DNA from: Anthoceros angustus
Lineage: Eukaryota; Plantae; Anthocerotophyta
Assembly (NCBI GenBank): GCA_010909165.1
Contig: MU008170.1
Location: 806,001-870,000, forward strand
Direction of reading: 5' to 3'
DNA length: 64,000 nucleotides
The notes beneath the pieces are model-generated. The model saw only the letters and a list, made by a program, of their open reading frames with translations, did not search any database and was not told the DNA's origin. How positions within the stretch are numbered: position 1 is the stretch's first letter; every line of letters begins with the position of its first letter. The translations under genes and the position numbers were made by a program. Positions 38,871-50,590 of this stretch are shown here, in pieces.

Positions 38871-39521
38871 CTAAGGAGTGCCATACCGGGTCTTTGAAAT
38901 AATGTTGTAGCGTGAACGCTGGGTAGGTGGCATGGGCAGGCATGCGGCGCCCATATCAACCGAATGCCGTTCTTAGTGGAGTTGGATCAAGTTTACATCA
39001 ACATTGATAGTGTCATTATTGGATCAAGATTACGACATGAAGCTGGTGGATTGTGAAACGGGCGAATGCTCACCAACGCCTAAATGCGTCATATACAGTA
39101 AGGGGTTTTTACTAGTGAAAGGCAACCATACATGCCGGGATGGTATTGCGGCTGACGGAAGCATGTCCAATAGAAGGCGAGGTTTGGAAGGAACTCAATG
39201 CGGCATGATGTCACGTTTGTCTTAACAAAGCGATTTCAAGAGAAGGTAATATATTGTCCGGCATGTTATCATGAAACTATAATCGATCGCGGCATGTTAT
39301 CATGAAACTACGTGCTTGAGTTGTTCCACACTTATTCCCAAACCCAAAACTAATGACATTACTCCTCTCGAATCGAGACCCTCACCCCCTCCTTCAATGG
39401 CGTCATACCATCATTGTCACTCTCCATCGCCTCATTGGAAGTGCATGGGGAGGTGCATTGAGAGCACTTGCCTTTCTCCTTTACAGACTTTTTATCCAGC
39501 TATGACGGATGTGTGCGCGAC

Positions 39522-42500
39522 TTTCACGATGGCTGCGCGCACAATCCCGTGTCGCTAGGAAGAAGTCCGTTCAAGGGAATGATAGGCTCCGCTGCTTCTG
39601 TGTGATTCTACCGTCCTTGCTCCCCTCAACACACACACATACTCCTAACTACTCACAACGTTTCACCGTGACAGCTATGGCTAAACGTTTAAGGACCCGT
39701 CGTCTCAGATTGCTCACATACATCCCTCACGCATCCGGCCCTTTCCTCTCCTCACGCTTACACTCTTCGCCTTAGAAAAGACGCGGGTTACGCAGCCCCT
39801 CCTCGCTGCTCCGCCGGCCTCCGTCCGGCTCTACACCCTCCCGAGTTCCTCCACCACGCCCAAATTGCTCTGGTGCCTGCCGCCGGGCACGAGCACGGTC
39901 ACCACCCTTCCCCGCACACACCACAACGCTAAGTCCGCCACCGGACCTTGATCAATCTCCCGAGCTGCCGCTCGCCTGACTCAGACTCACGTTAGCAAGA
40001 AGACTCACAAAGGTCTGCAAGAACGCATCAACACCAAGAGAAAGATGCTTTACTAGAGCAGCCTCTTATGCGCAAGGCCTTTATTACACCCCTATTCGAA
40101 ATGATAGCCAGATACCCTAATCCACATCCTATTTCTCCCCTATCTCCTTCGCTGATCGTGAAGGTCCTGGCCCCTCCGGAATGGGTGGTCCAACTCCCCC
40201 GACAGCTTGTGCACCCAATCGGATGATCCGTGAGGCGGGCCCTCCTCTCCCGAATCTCGTTATACGGCCCCGACAACCGCCACAACGCCATCCTCCCTCC
40301 CTCGGGGTCCTTGGGCCACCGGCCCATTCGCTCTAGCGTAAGTCGGCGGGGGGCCTCACCGCCACCGGCCCTCGAGGTCTGCCTCGACCCCCGAACTCGT
40401 GAGTCCGCTTATTTCCGGGTCCTGATCCGACTGGTCGGGTCCCGACCGTGGTCCGGACTTACACGGGTCCGGACTGTGGTCCGGCCTCCGGGTCCGGACA
40501 AAGTCCGACTCACGCCCACCCGGTTTCCTCCTCACGGACCTCCGTGGCTCCCTCAAGTCCTCCACTCCCGATCGCCCAAGTGACTCCTTCTGGCCCCTCC
40601 TTCCTTCCATGGTGAGGTGCGGTGCCTCGCCGCATCCGCCGCTCTCCTCTCGCCGCTCCTCTCCGCCGCCTCGCTATCTCCAAACAGGCCACTAGGGTCC
40701 CGTGGCCCCCTGTGGCCTTCATCTCCTTCTCGAGCCTTCCAGGTCCGTCTGCGGGCGCCGAGAGGCTTCTCATCAGAGCTGGTAATAGGCAAAGTCCGAA
40801 TCGACTTGTTGAATTGCTCTTCCACGCCCGAGCACCGATACTCCCTCCGCCATAAGTGTTCCGGAGCGGCCGCCTTGTTGGTTGGGCCACCTCCGCCAGA
40901 TTTGACATTGAGCCGGGTCAGATCACGAGGCTACAAGGCGGCCTTCCCTCTGCACTGTTGCTCCACCGCCCAGCCCCCGCTGCTTCCTCTCCATTGCCAC
41001 CACCCGCCATAGCGCAGCTCTTCCGCCTTTCTCACCGGACCAGCCTTCTTCGCCTCCTCCGCTCATTCCGCCTTAGCCCGCCAGCCCCTCTCCGGCGACA
41101 CTCCGTCCGACCCCGACTTCCTCCAGCCTCAGAGCGGCAACGCCCAACTCCTCGATAGTCGCCGATTTTCCTCCGCCTTCGAGACGGAGCCGAGGCACTA
41201 TTTCGTGCTCGAGTCGTGATTCTCTGCTGAGAATCACCCGCCTCGACGCATCTTGGAGTTGTAGCCCAGCTGCTGCCTCCACCTCCCGCCGCCTCCTCTT
41301 CTCTCCTGCATTTTGGAGATCTCCTATCTCCCGAGTGCCGGCCTCTCTCCTCCTACCGCCGCTCGCCCATAGCCTGTGCGCCTTCGACCTCCTGCCGACT
41401 CTTCCACCGGCCCGATCACAGTGATCCCGGCCGCTTTGCGGCGACTCCTTCGCCGCTTTTACTGGCTCGCCCACTTGGCCGCTCTAGCCGGCCGCCCGCC
41501 AGTCCCGAGCTCTCGCTTGTGCCCGGCCTCTTCCGCCTCCCGCCGCCTCACCGAAGGTCCTCCGCCCGCTTGGCCTCGAGGCTTTTCACTCACAAAGAAC
41601 CTTCTGGCCTCTAACCGCCTCGGCCCGCCACCCGGCGCTTCCTTCCTCGATCCGAGCGAGGGACTCCGCCTTTTCCTTTGCCCCCGGCCGCCTTCACTTG
41701 CTCTTGAGTTCCACCATCCTCCTCCGGGTGGCCTCCACTTCGGGTCTTCTGCACACGAGACCCCAAAGCATTCCGTCCATGACGGTAGTGGACTCGCCGT
41801 GTTTCTTCCACGGCCGTCAGTGAGGCCCCACAAAGTCCGTGAGGGAGCCGGCATTTCTCGGTCCGCCAAGGACCTCCATACCGCATCCGAGTAAGTCCGA
41901 CCGGGTTCTCCGGACCTAATCAGACCCTCGTGTCCCGAGTGGTGAGTCCGAGTCTCACCCTCTTGGCCCTCTTGGCCTCTAACTCCTTTGTGCCCTCTTT
42001 CTCCTGGGGCTCGGAGGAGGTGAGGGGTCCGGAGCAAGCTCTTTTGCCCCTTCTGCGGGAGGGACCGGCTCGGGTGGGCTGCGCTGACCTCCGCCTCCTT
42101 GGGCCACGTCCCTTCGCCTCCCCACTACCTCTTACACTGCAAGGTGGGTAAGGGTACCGCACCTTCCGAGGTGCGCGTAGGCGGCACCGTCTTCCGCCTC
42201 GGCTCCCGCTGAGTTCGTCGGCTCGCAGCCGTGGTTGTTGGTCTTGTCGCCGGAGCCGCCAACGCCCTCGGCATCGCCTCCCTGTGCGCTCGAGGGCACC
42301 AAAAGGAGGAAGGGAATCTCCTCCCAAACTTCCCTGGTGGTGAGGGGTTCGCTCACGATGGAGTCCGGAATCCTCCCGCCGCCTCCTCCCGAGTCCGCTT
42401 GGTCTGGGACGACCCCCACCTCGGCGCCTTGCACGCCTCGCGTGGCCTCCACCTCCCGAGCGCTGCTCAAGCCTCAGAGCTCGAAATGTCCCCATACATG

Positions 42501-43653
42501 AATCGTATGGGGTCACCCGATGGCGAGGGCTCCTTAGCTTGCGTGCTCCCGATCGAACCGGCGAAGATAATCCTTCCCATCTCTTCACTGAGCGCATGCA
42601 GAATACCACAGTTATCACCAAGGTGATCCACCTTGGTGAGCAGTTCCAATGGACAATGATCCGGCTACCGCCCTTACTCGATCGGCGCAGATCGGATATC
42701 AACCATCCGTTGGTTGTCCGCTGCCAGCCTCAAGACGCGGGCGGGCCCCCTATCTTCGCCTTAAGGGGCTCGCACCACGCCCCTTCTTCCTCCTTGCGTA
42801 GGCCATCCTCGGGACCTCCAAGGTCCATCGCCTGGTCCTCCGGAGGTTCTTGGATCGGACCTCCTTGTTGATCGCCGCCAACATCTTCCGCAAACTCCGG
42901 ACTAGAGTGACTGTCAAGGTCCGACCATTTGGAACATCCATGCCACCCACCACCCTCGCCTCCGCCGGGCCCAAGTCCGGATAGCCGGTCACAATGTTGC
43001 GCTCCACGAGGGTCCATGGCTCACTCCGGCTTTTGGGTGCCATTGCTTTCTCCTCCTCTTGTGCCGCCGGGCCGAGTCCGGCACGATGTTCCTCCTTCGC
43101 TTTTGCTCCAACCTTGACGGAGCCGCTTGTCGACCGGGCGCCCAAAAGATAGCGCCAGAGAGCCGGAGGAGCGCAAGGACGTGAGGATTGTCTGAGGTCA
43201 CGCAAATGACCTCCCTCCTTGGAAGTAACTGGCAAAGGCGCCTGTCCGTGAATCGGGGTCCGTGCATGGCTTACTCGACCCTACGCCCGCTTACTCGCCT
43301 TACGCCGCGGCCGGGCGTGAATACCGCTATAACGGCCTGCTTACGGCCCCGCCTGCATGCCCGACCTCCACTCGTGGGCCCACGTGGCGCCGCCTGCCTG
43401 CCCTCACGCCCGCCTCCTAGGTTACTTTCTGATTATGCTTTTTTGACTGGAGTGGGTTCCGGACTTATCCGTTACTCTGTAGTCCGAGCTTGCCATAGTG
43501 GTACCGGGGTCCGTTGTTCACTCAGTCCGAGTATACTCCGAGCCTCGTCCAAGCGCTACCCCAATTTATTCCTCCTTTTCCGCCTTATTTATCCTTCAAT
43601 CCTAAAAAGCGAAACCCTACTTATTTCTTAACTCCCGAAGTGCATAGCCCACA
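39522..43653 (-). repeat. 3' LTR (~4.13 kb)
   Basis: On the minus strand it starts TGTGGGCTATGCAC at 43653. The other end is degenerate (plus TTTCACGATGGC vs TGTGACGATGGC). Confidence 0.9.
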
Positions 43654-43669
43654 TACTCCCTTCTCATCC
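43654..43669 (-). other. Polypurine tract
   Basis: GGATGAGAAGGGAGTA immediately precedes the TG of the 3' LTR. Confidence 0.85.
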
Positions 43670-43759
43670 GCATGCCTCCGCCAACACTAAGCATGATACT
43701 TCTTCACCCGCCACCCGTGAGTGGGCAGCCTCTCCATCTAGTCGTGAGCCGGAGACCCG

Positions 43760-46700
43760 TTGTCATATACTTGCACCACTTGGTACGGACCCATCCATCT
43801 CGGTGAAGTTTGCCCGAAAATGCATGTAACGACTATCATAAAGGAGGGCCAGTCCCCTTTACATACTCCCGATTCGCTGATCGTGCCAAATCTTCACTGG
43901 TTTTGCACCAATCGCATCTTCACCGAGCTTCTTCCCCGTCCTCCGTGTGCAACAAACCCCAAGAGTCGCTCTGGCTTTCCTCCTCCGCCTCCCTTCCATC
44001 ATTACTCGAAAAGTGGGCACTTCAAACCCACCGGCATTACGGAGAGTGTCCGTAGGTCAAGTAAGGGTCCGTTGTGTGGTCACCTTCTGCCCGAACGCCC
44101 ACAGTGGATGGCACTTGGTATCCACCATGGGCGTAGTTCATGTGAGTTTATTCAATCCTGATGAGCCCATTTGTCTTCTCTGTCACCCCATTGGCCTTAG
44201 GATTGTAGGGTGCCGTCTTGCGATGATTGATGCCGAAATACTCCGTCATGGCGGCCACCACATCATTAAGGAAATGGGTTCCCCTATCACTTACCAACCA
44301 CGGGACATCCGTGGTTTATGATGTTCTCGCAGTGAATTTGGCCACGTTTGGAGTCCGTTCTTGTCGCCACCGCCTCTACCCACCGTGCGAGTCCGCTGCC
44401 ACCGGGATGTATCTCCTTTGTGTGTGTCTTGTCGAGGTCAGATAGGTCCAACAAAGTCAATACCCCACTTTTCGAAGGTGCGCCAAATATGGTACTAGCG
44501 GCCACCGTGTCGTCGGGGTTGGCTTTCCGATCCACCGACAAGCATCACACTTCTTCACAAACCGGTGGGTGTCCCCATACATTGTTGGCCACCGTATCCC
44601 GCTAAAATCTTTTGGTGGTGACTGTCTTTGCGTAGTGTCCTCCCCAATCCTTCGTGCATTCCCCGACGACCGCTCCTGCTCGCCGGCAAGTACCTGCTTC
44701 TACTCCGTCCCTAATTTGAACACACACCGTTGTACATTCAAGGGTCGAGCATAGTGCACGAATGCCTCCTCCGCCACGAGTCGACGGGAAGCTCCATTCC
44801 CAGAGGTACCGCTATTTCTTCGTAGGTCGGACGGCCGCGCGACCCTCCCTTCTCCGCTCGCTAAGGCCCTCGTAGCTTGGGGTTCGTCGGCTCCTCCGGT
44901 TGTACTTTTACGCGGCAACCAATGTCTCATCCGGAACGCATCTTCCGATCTCTCAACACCGCCTGCTTTTCAATCGTGACAGAAATCGCATTTTGGTGCC
45001 TCCCTTGTCTTGTTTCCACTTGACGTGAACTCCTGCAGCAACAATATCCACCTTGCTATCCGTCCGGACAGTCCGCCTTATTCACCGGATGCCAACAAAG
45101 TGGTCTACATAGAACACAAACTCACTGGTAGTAGTAGTGTCGAATTTCTTGACATATACCATACCCGTGGCCTCTGTAGTTGTGTATTTTCCCGCGTGGT
45201 GAGCCGTCCGTAGTATACGGATAATCCTCGCTTGTCGTCCTTCCGGCTCAGACTACTCCGATAGCAAAAGCGGACACTCTACATACACATGAAATTTCTG
45301 CTCTCCGGTCCTCTTAGAACCGTGCGCTTACCAAGGTGTTACGTAAATCCGAAGGCCTCCTCTCGCCTCCGTGACCAGTCCAAACCTCCTCCTTCCGCAG
45401 AGTTCTCAACTTAGCCCCTCTCGAAAGTCCTTAATAAACCGGTAGTATCCCACCATTCCTGTGAAACCTCTCGGCTCCTTTAGGTTCGTGGTGGAGGCTG
45501 GATGACCGGACCTTGTCCCGTCCACCTCGATTCGCCACCGACACCGATGTCCCACAAGATTCCCTCCGTCATTCCAAAGTAGCATTTCTCGGGTGTAGGC
45601 TCAATTGAGTCTCCGCTCAAGCACCTTCTTAGATGCCCAAGGTGTTTGTCCCGCTCCCCATGCACACAAAATCATCCAGAATATCTCCATGAAGTCCCTC
45701 GAAGTCACGGAAGACGTTGGTCACCATACGCATGAACGACGGCGCTCGGTCATCCCAAAGGCACTTCTCTTGTAGGCAAACGCCCCCACTCAGTAGTGAA
45801 GGTCGTCTTGTCCCAAACCCCCTTAGGTGCAATTGGTTGATCCGGAGTAGCCATCCGAAGGAGTAAGTAGTCCGTCCGCCCACCTTGTCCAAAATGTCGT
45901 CACGAATGGCATGGAAGTGGTCCTTCTCCGCTGGCGTTGAGCTTCCTCAATCTTGGCATACCGAATTTGTCTGGCTGCTTGGGAACCACCACAATCGGGC
46001 GACCCACTGCTGATTGATGGGGAAAATGATGTCCGCCTCCGTGTACTTATCAAGGACCTCCTTCACCTTGATCGAATACTTGGGGTTGAGCTTGTATTGT
46101 CGGATTCGACCGGGCACCGCTCCCGGCTTCAAATCGATCTTATGCTCTCCCACTTCTTGAATGCCCTTCATGTCCGTGACCTTGAAGGCGAACACACGCA
46201 AAACTCCCCAGTGCTTTAGTCCTTCCTTCAGTCCGGAGGCATGCCTTTCTTAAACTTCGTGAATTTGCTGGCCGGACCTCCACTTCTTCCACGTCCGGGT
46301 TCACTGCCTCTCCGCCGCCTCGCTGGCCCAAACCCCTCGTCCTCCACTCGGGGATCCCTCTCGCATCCCCATTCCTCAAGAGCTCGTGAGGTGAATCGTG
46401 TTACTCCTTCGATGTCCGCTTTTCCTTGGTCCGACTCTTGTCCCCCCAGGCCGGGTCCGACCTCCTCTTCACTTCCTTCCTCCAGGCTTGTGGCGTTTAC
46501 TCAAAACAATCAACCACTTCGCGCCAAAGGCATCCCGCCGTAGTCCATCTCCTCCTCGGACCACGGATCTTGGCGAAAGGGTACGCCTCCTGAACTATCT
46601 TGTTCGTCGCTGGAGTCCTCCACGAGGTATACCCTTCCGGTAGTGCTCACGTTTCACAATAGGTGTCCTTGCTCCGGTGATAGCAACCCTCCCTTCTCGC

Positions 46701-49700
46701 ACCTTAGGGTCCCACCACCGCTTGAAGTGAATCTCCTTCCTTCCAAAGTGTAGCTTTATGCAGGCCAACCCCCCATGGCCGCCCAAAGAACACCTCATAC
46801 CCTAATGGTCCGGCCGGTTTGATCACAACAAAATCCAGTTTGTAGGGTGCGCCGGCTATGGTGGCCAAGACTCCGGTTAACTCCCCCGCCGGATCTCTTC
46901 TTGACATGTCTGCCATTCTCAGAGTCTTCGTTGAGGGTTCGAAGGATGTGAAGCCCAATTTTCGTGCCGTGGCTTCAGTGATGAGGTTGACTCCGGACCC
47001 CGTGTCCAACGGTACATCCTTGATGATACATCCAGAAATCTCCACTTGTACCACTGGCGCCCCTGGGTCCGTATGGGACACCACCCTCACTTCCACTGTG
47101 CTACCCTTCCTGGCTTTGGTGCTCCGCCGAGGCTGGGTTTCCCTAACCCGAGACCTCTGATTTCGGGTTATCCTCGTTGCCGAAAGGACACAAGGTGCCG
47201 CGATTCATCATCGTCCGCCACATTAAAGGGAGGCTTCTACCCCAATCGAGGATCCTGCTGCTGCGTCCTCATCCTCTCCCGGTCACTTGTGTTCGGTATT
47301 CTCCGGATGCTTGCGCATTTCCTCCGCAACATCTCCACCTCCGGACTCGTGGAAATCGGCTGGCGGGAGGCACCGTTCTCCCCGTCCTGCACGGAGAACT
47401 TCCTTGGTAATCCTCCGAGCTGCCGTCCAGCTCCTTCATCGGTCGGATCCTCGTATTTCCGTTGATTGCCTTCCTCGGCGTCGTGGCGCTTCCTCGATCT
47501 TGTTCTTCTTCAATGGCGCCTTTCGTCGCTCCTTCCTTGACTACGAGTAGACACCTCCAAGATTTACTCCCTTCCTTCGACACCACCTTCTTGTTCTTTT
47601 CCATCTCGCGTACTGGAATCTCTTCCCTCCGAGCATCTTGACTGCAGCAGTCTTAGGAGGTGGCGTTGGTGGTCGGGTTCTCCGCTTGGTGGCATACTGC
47701 CCTTGTGCGGGGTTGGGACATAGCGTCGCCTGCCATATGCCCACCGCTGCCGCCACACACGCTCAAGTCCCCATTACCGCCTGGGTACGGACACGCGTTG
47801 GAGTAATGGCGGATTCCGCAGTTCCAAGACCACCTGCGGAGGATACGAAGGCTCCCATGCGGTCTTTGCATCGGTGGGGCCTGTTGGTGACGGACCTCGG
47901 TTGACGGATACATGGTTTTGGGATATCGCGGCCCGGAGGGGCTTCTGACTGCAGGCCTCTTCCCATTGCTCCTCGCCTCCTCGGAACTATCTTGTTCGTC
48001 GCCCGGTGGAGTCCTCCTGAGGTATACCCCGGTAGTGCTCACGGTTTCTCCACAATAGGTGTCCTTGCTCCGGTGATAGCAACCCTCCCTTCTCGCACCT
48101 TAGGGTCCCGGTCCCGGCTTGAAGTGAATCTCCTTCCTTCCAAAGTGTAGCTTTATGCAGGCCAACCCATGGCAGACAACACCTCATACCCTAATGGTCC
48201 GGCGGTTTGATCACAACAAAATCCGGTTTGTAGGGTGCGCTATGGTGGCCAAGACTCGGTTAACTCCCGGATCTCTTCTTGACATATACGCCATCTCGAG
48301 TCTTCGTTGAGGTTGAAGGATGTGAAGCCCAATTTTCGTGCCGTGGCTTGGTGATGAGGTTGACTCCGGACCCGTGTCCAGTGTACATCCTTGATGATAC
48401 ATCCAATCTCCACTTGTACCTGGCCCCAGGTCGTATGGGACACCACCCTCACTTCCTGTGCTACCCTTCACGGCTTTGGTGCTCATGTGGGTTTCCCCTA
48501 ACGGCCCGGACCTCTTGTATTTGGGTTATCCCTCGGCGGTATCGAAAGGACACAAGGTCTGGCGATTCATCATCGGTCCGCCACATTAAAGGCGAGGCTT
48601 CTACCCCAATCGAGGATCCTGTGCTGCGTCCTCATCCTCTCCCGGTCACCGTGTTACGGTATTCTCCGGATGCTTGCGCATTTCCTCCTGCAACATCTCG
48701 GTCACCTCCGGACTACGTCCGGTGGCTGCGAAACCGTCGCGGAGAACTTCCTTGGGTAATCCCTCGCGGAGGCTGCCCGTCGGCCTCCTTCAGCCGGTCG
48801 GATCCTCTGCTGGTATTTCCGTTTGATTGCCTTCCTCGGCGTCGTGGCCTTCCTCGATCTTGTTCTTCTTCAAGCTGGCGCCTTTCGTCGCTCCTTCCTT
48901 GACTCACAGTAGACACCTCAAGATTTCCACGACTCCCTTCCTTCGACACCCCGTACCTTCTTGTTCTTTTCCATCTCGCGTACCTCAGGAATCTCTTCCC
49001 CTCCATGGTGAGCATCTTGACTTGCCGTCAGTGCGGTCTTAGGAGGTGGCGTTGGTGGTCGAGTTCTCCGCTTGGTGTGGCATATCGTACCGTCCTTGTG
49101 GGGTTGGGACATAGCGTCTTGCACCATATGCCCTTGCGATCGCCACCTGACCGCTCGAAGTCCCCATTACCACCTCGTTGGAGTGCGGACACGCGTTGGA
49201 GTAATGGCGAGATTCCGCGGTTCCAACGGACCACGGCCGTCGGAGGATACGAAGGGCTCCCATGCGGTCTTTGCATCGGTGGGGCTCGTTGTGTATTGGA
49301 CCTCCGGTTGGCGGATACATGGTTTTGGGATATCGCGGCCCGGAGGGGCTTCACGCACGATAGGCCTCTTCCCATTGCTCCTCGGCCTCCTCCTCGTATT
49401 CGTAGTCCACTTGATGCACCGGCCTTGAGGCGGTTGATTTCGAATGGCCGTGTTTCGGCACACGGCACACGAGATGCGTCGCCGTAGTCGTTTTCCGCCT
49501 CTCGGTCCTTAACTGGTTTATCGCGGTCCTCTACTCTCTTTATCACTTTTCCGGTCCTCCGCACTGCCACCTCCTTTGAGGGAGTCGGGTCCGTGGAGCT
49601 TCTCGGAGGTCCGGTGTCACCACCTCCTTCTTACCACCGCTTTTTAGCCGGCCTTCTTGCTCTTCTTCTTGGGGATACTCTTCCTCGCTAGAGACCTCCG

Positions 49701-50500
49701 TCTCTTCTTGGACGATTGCTCCTCCTCAAGACACCTCCGATTGGTCTTCCTCCTCCTCTCAAGACTCTTCCTCCTGAGTCGAACCCGTTTCTTCTTCTTC
49801 TTCTTGCCTCCTTGAGCGGATTTCTTTATCCTCGATGTAGCGATTCCTCGTAGTTTTCCGCCTCCTCGACCGCCTTGCCCACGTCCTTCTCGGCTAGCAG
49901 CAGGACGTGCCTGGCCATGGGTTTGGCTAGACCGGCCGCGAACCACCGTACCGCTTGCATCGTGGTATGGGTTGGATGCCGATCCCTCAGGGCATAGAAC
50001 CGCTCGATGTACGAGCCCAGCTTCTCCTTCTTCCTCGCTGATTTTCCAACTTTGATAATACATACCCCTCTGGTCGATCCTCGAAACCGTTCTAAGAAGG
50101 CATTTTCAAAGCTTCAAACGAGGCGGGTGGGGCATTCTCGATTCGATACTTTCATTGAGACCGTCCCTGAGAACCCCTTGGAAAAGCGGATGAGGCTGGC
50201 CGCTCCTCCTGAAGTTGGCTTTGGACATGAAGTCCTCCACAAAGGTCTCGCATCCCGCTCCTTCTTCCCTCCGAATATGGAGTACGCTTGTTTGGTCGAG
50301 TAGGGGCCATGGCCGCCATCGAGGTTAGGCGTGTCCTACCTTCTTCCGTACGCCCTCGTACCGCACTGTCTTGGTCCGACAATTCGACCACGTTCTCCCT
50401 CCTCCTCCGATCGACTGCTGCTCTCGTTGGGTTTGACGTCTCTCCCCGGCTCGGAGAGCACGCGAGGTGACCACGTCCGATCCTCCCGACGTTCACTCTT
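43760..50500 (-). pseudogene. gag-pol (frameshifted as assembled)
   Basis: Gag: FLERF..EKLGSYIERFYAL and CCHC-like WNCGIRHYSNACP. Protease: LDTGSGVNLI (~46981-47010). RT: HKIDLKPGAVP, SGYNQ, LDDF (~45668-45679). RNase H: FVFYVDH..GRIARWILLLQEF. Integrase: KWGIDFVGPI..WVEAVAT, then WMGPY. Confidence 0.92.
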
Positions 50501-50576
50501 GACCGCCGCCGACCGCCACGCATTCACTTACCTTCTCTTCCTAAGGACGACTTTGCGCACCACGACGATTTCATTC

Positions 50577-50587
50577 CAACGGCGCCA
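50577..50587 (-). other. Primer binding site, tRNA-Asp type
   Basis: TGGCGCCGTTG lies 3 nt after the 5' LTR end (...CATCGTCACA-TTT). It is the same PBS start as in Athila-type elements. Confidence 0.85.
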
Positions 50588-50590
50588 AAA

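Noticed and set aside
43700-43950. Chromodomain or env-like ORF after integrase
   Set aside because: Only a GPY-type motif is seen before the PPT, with no room for an additional domain.
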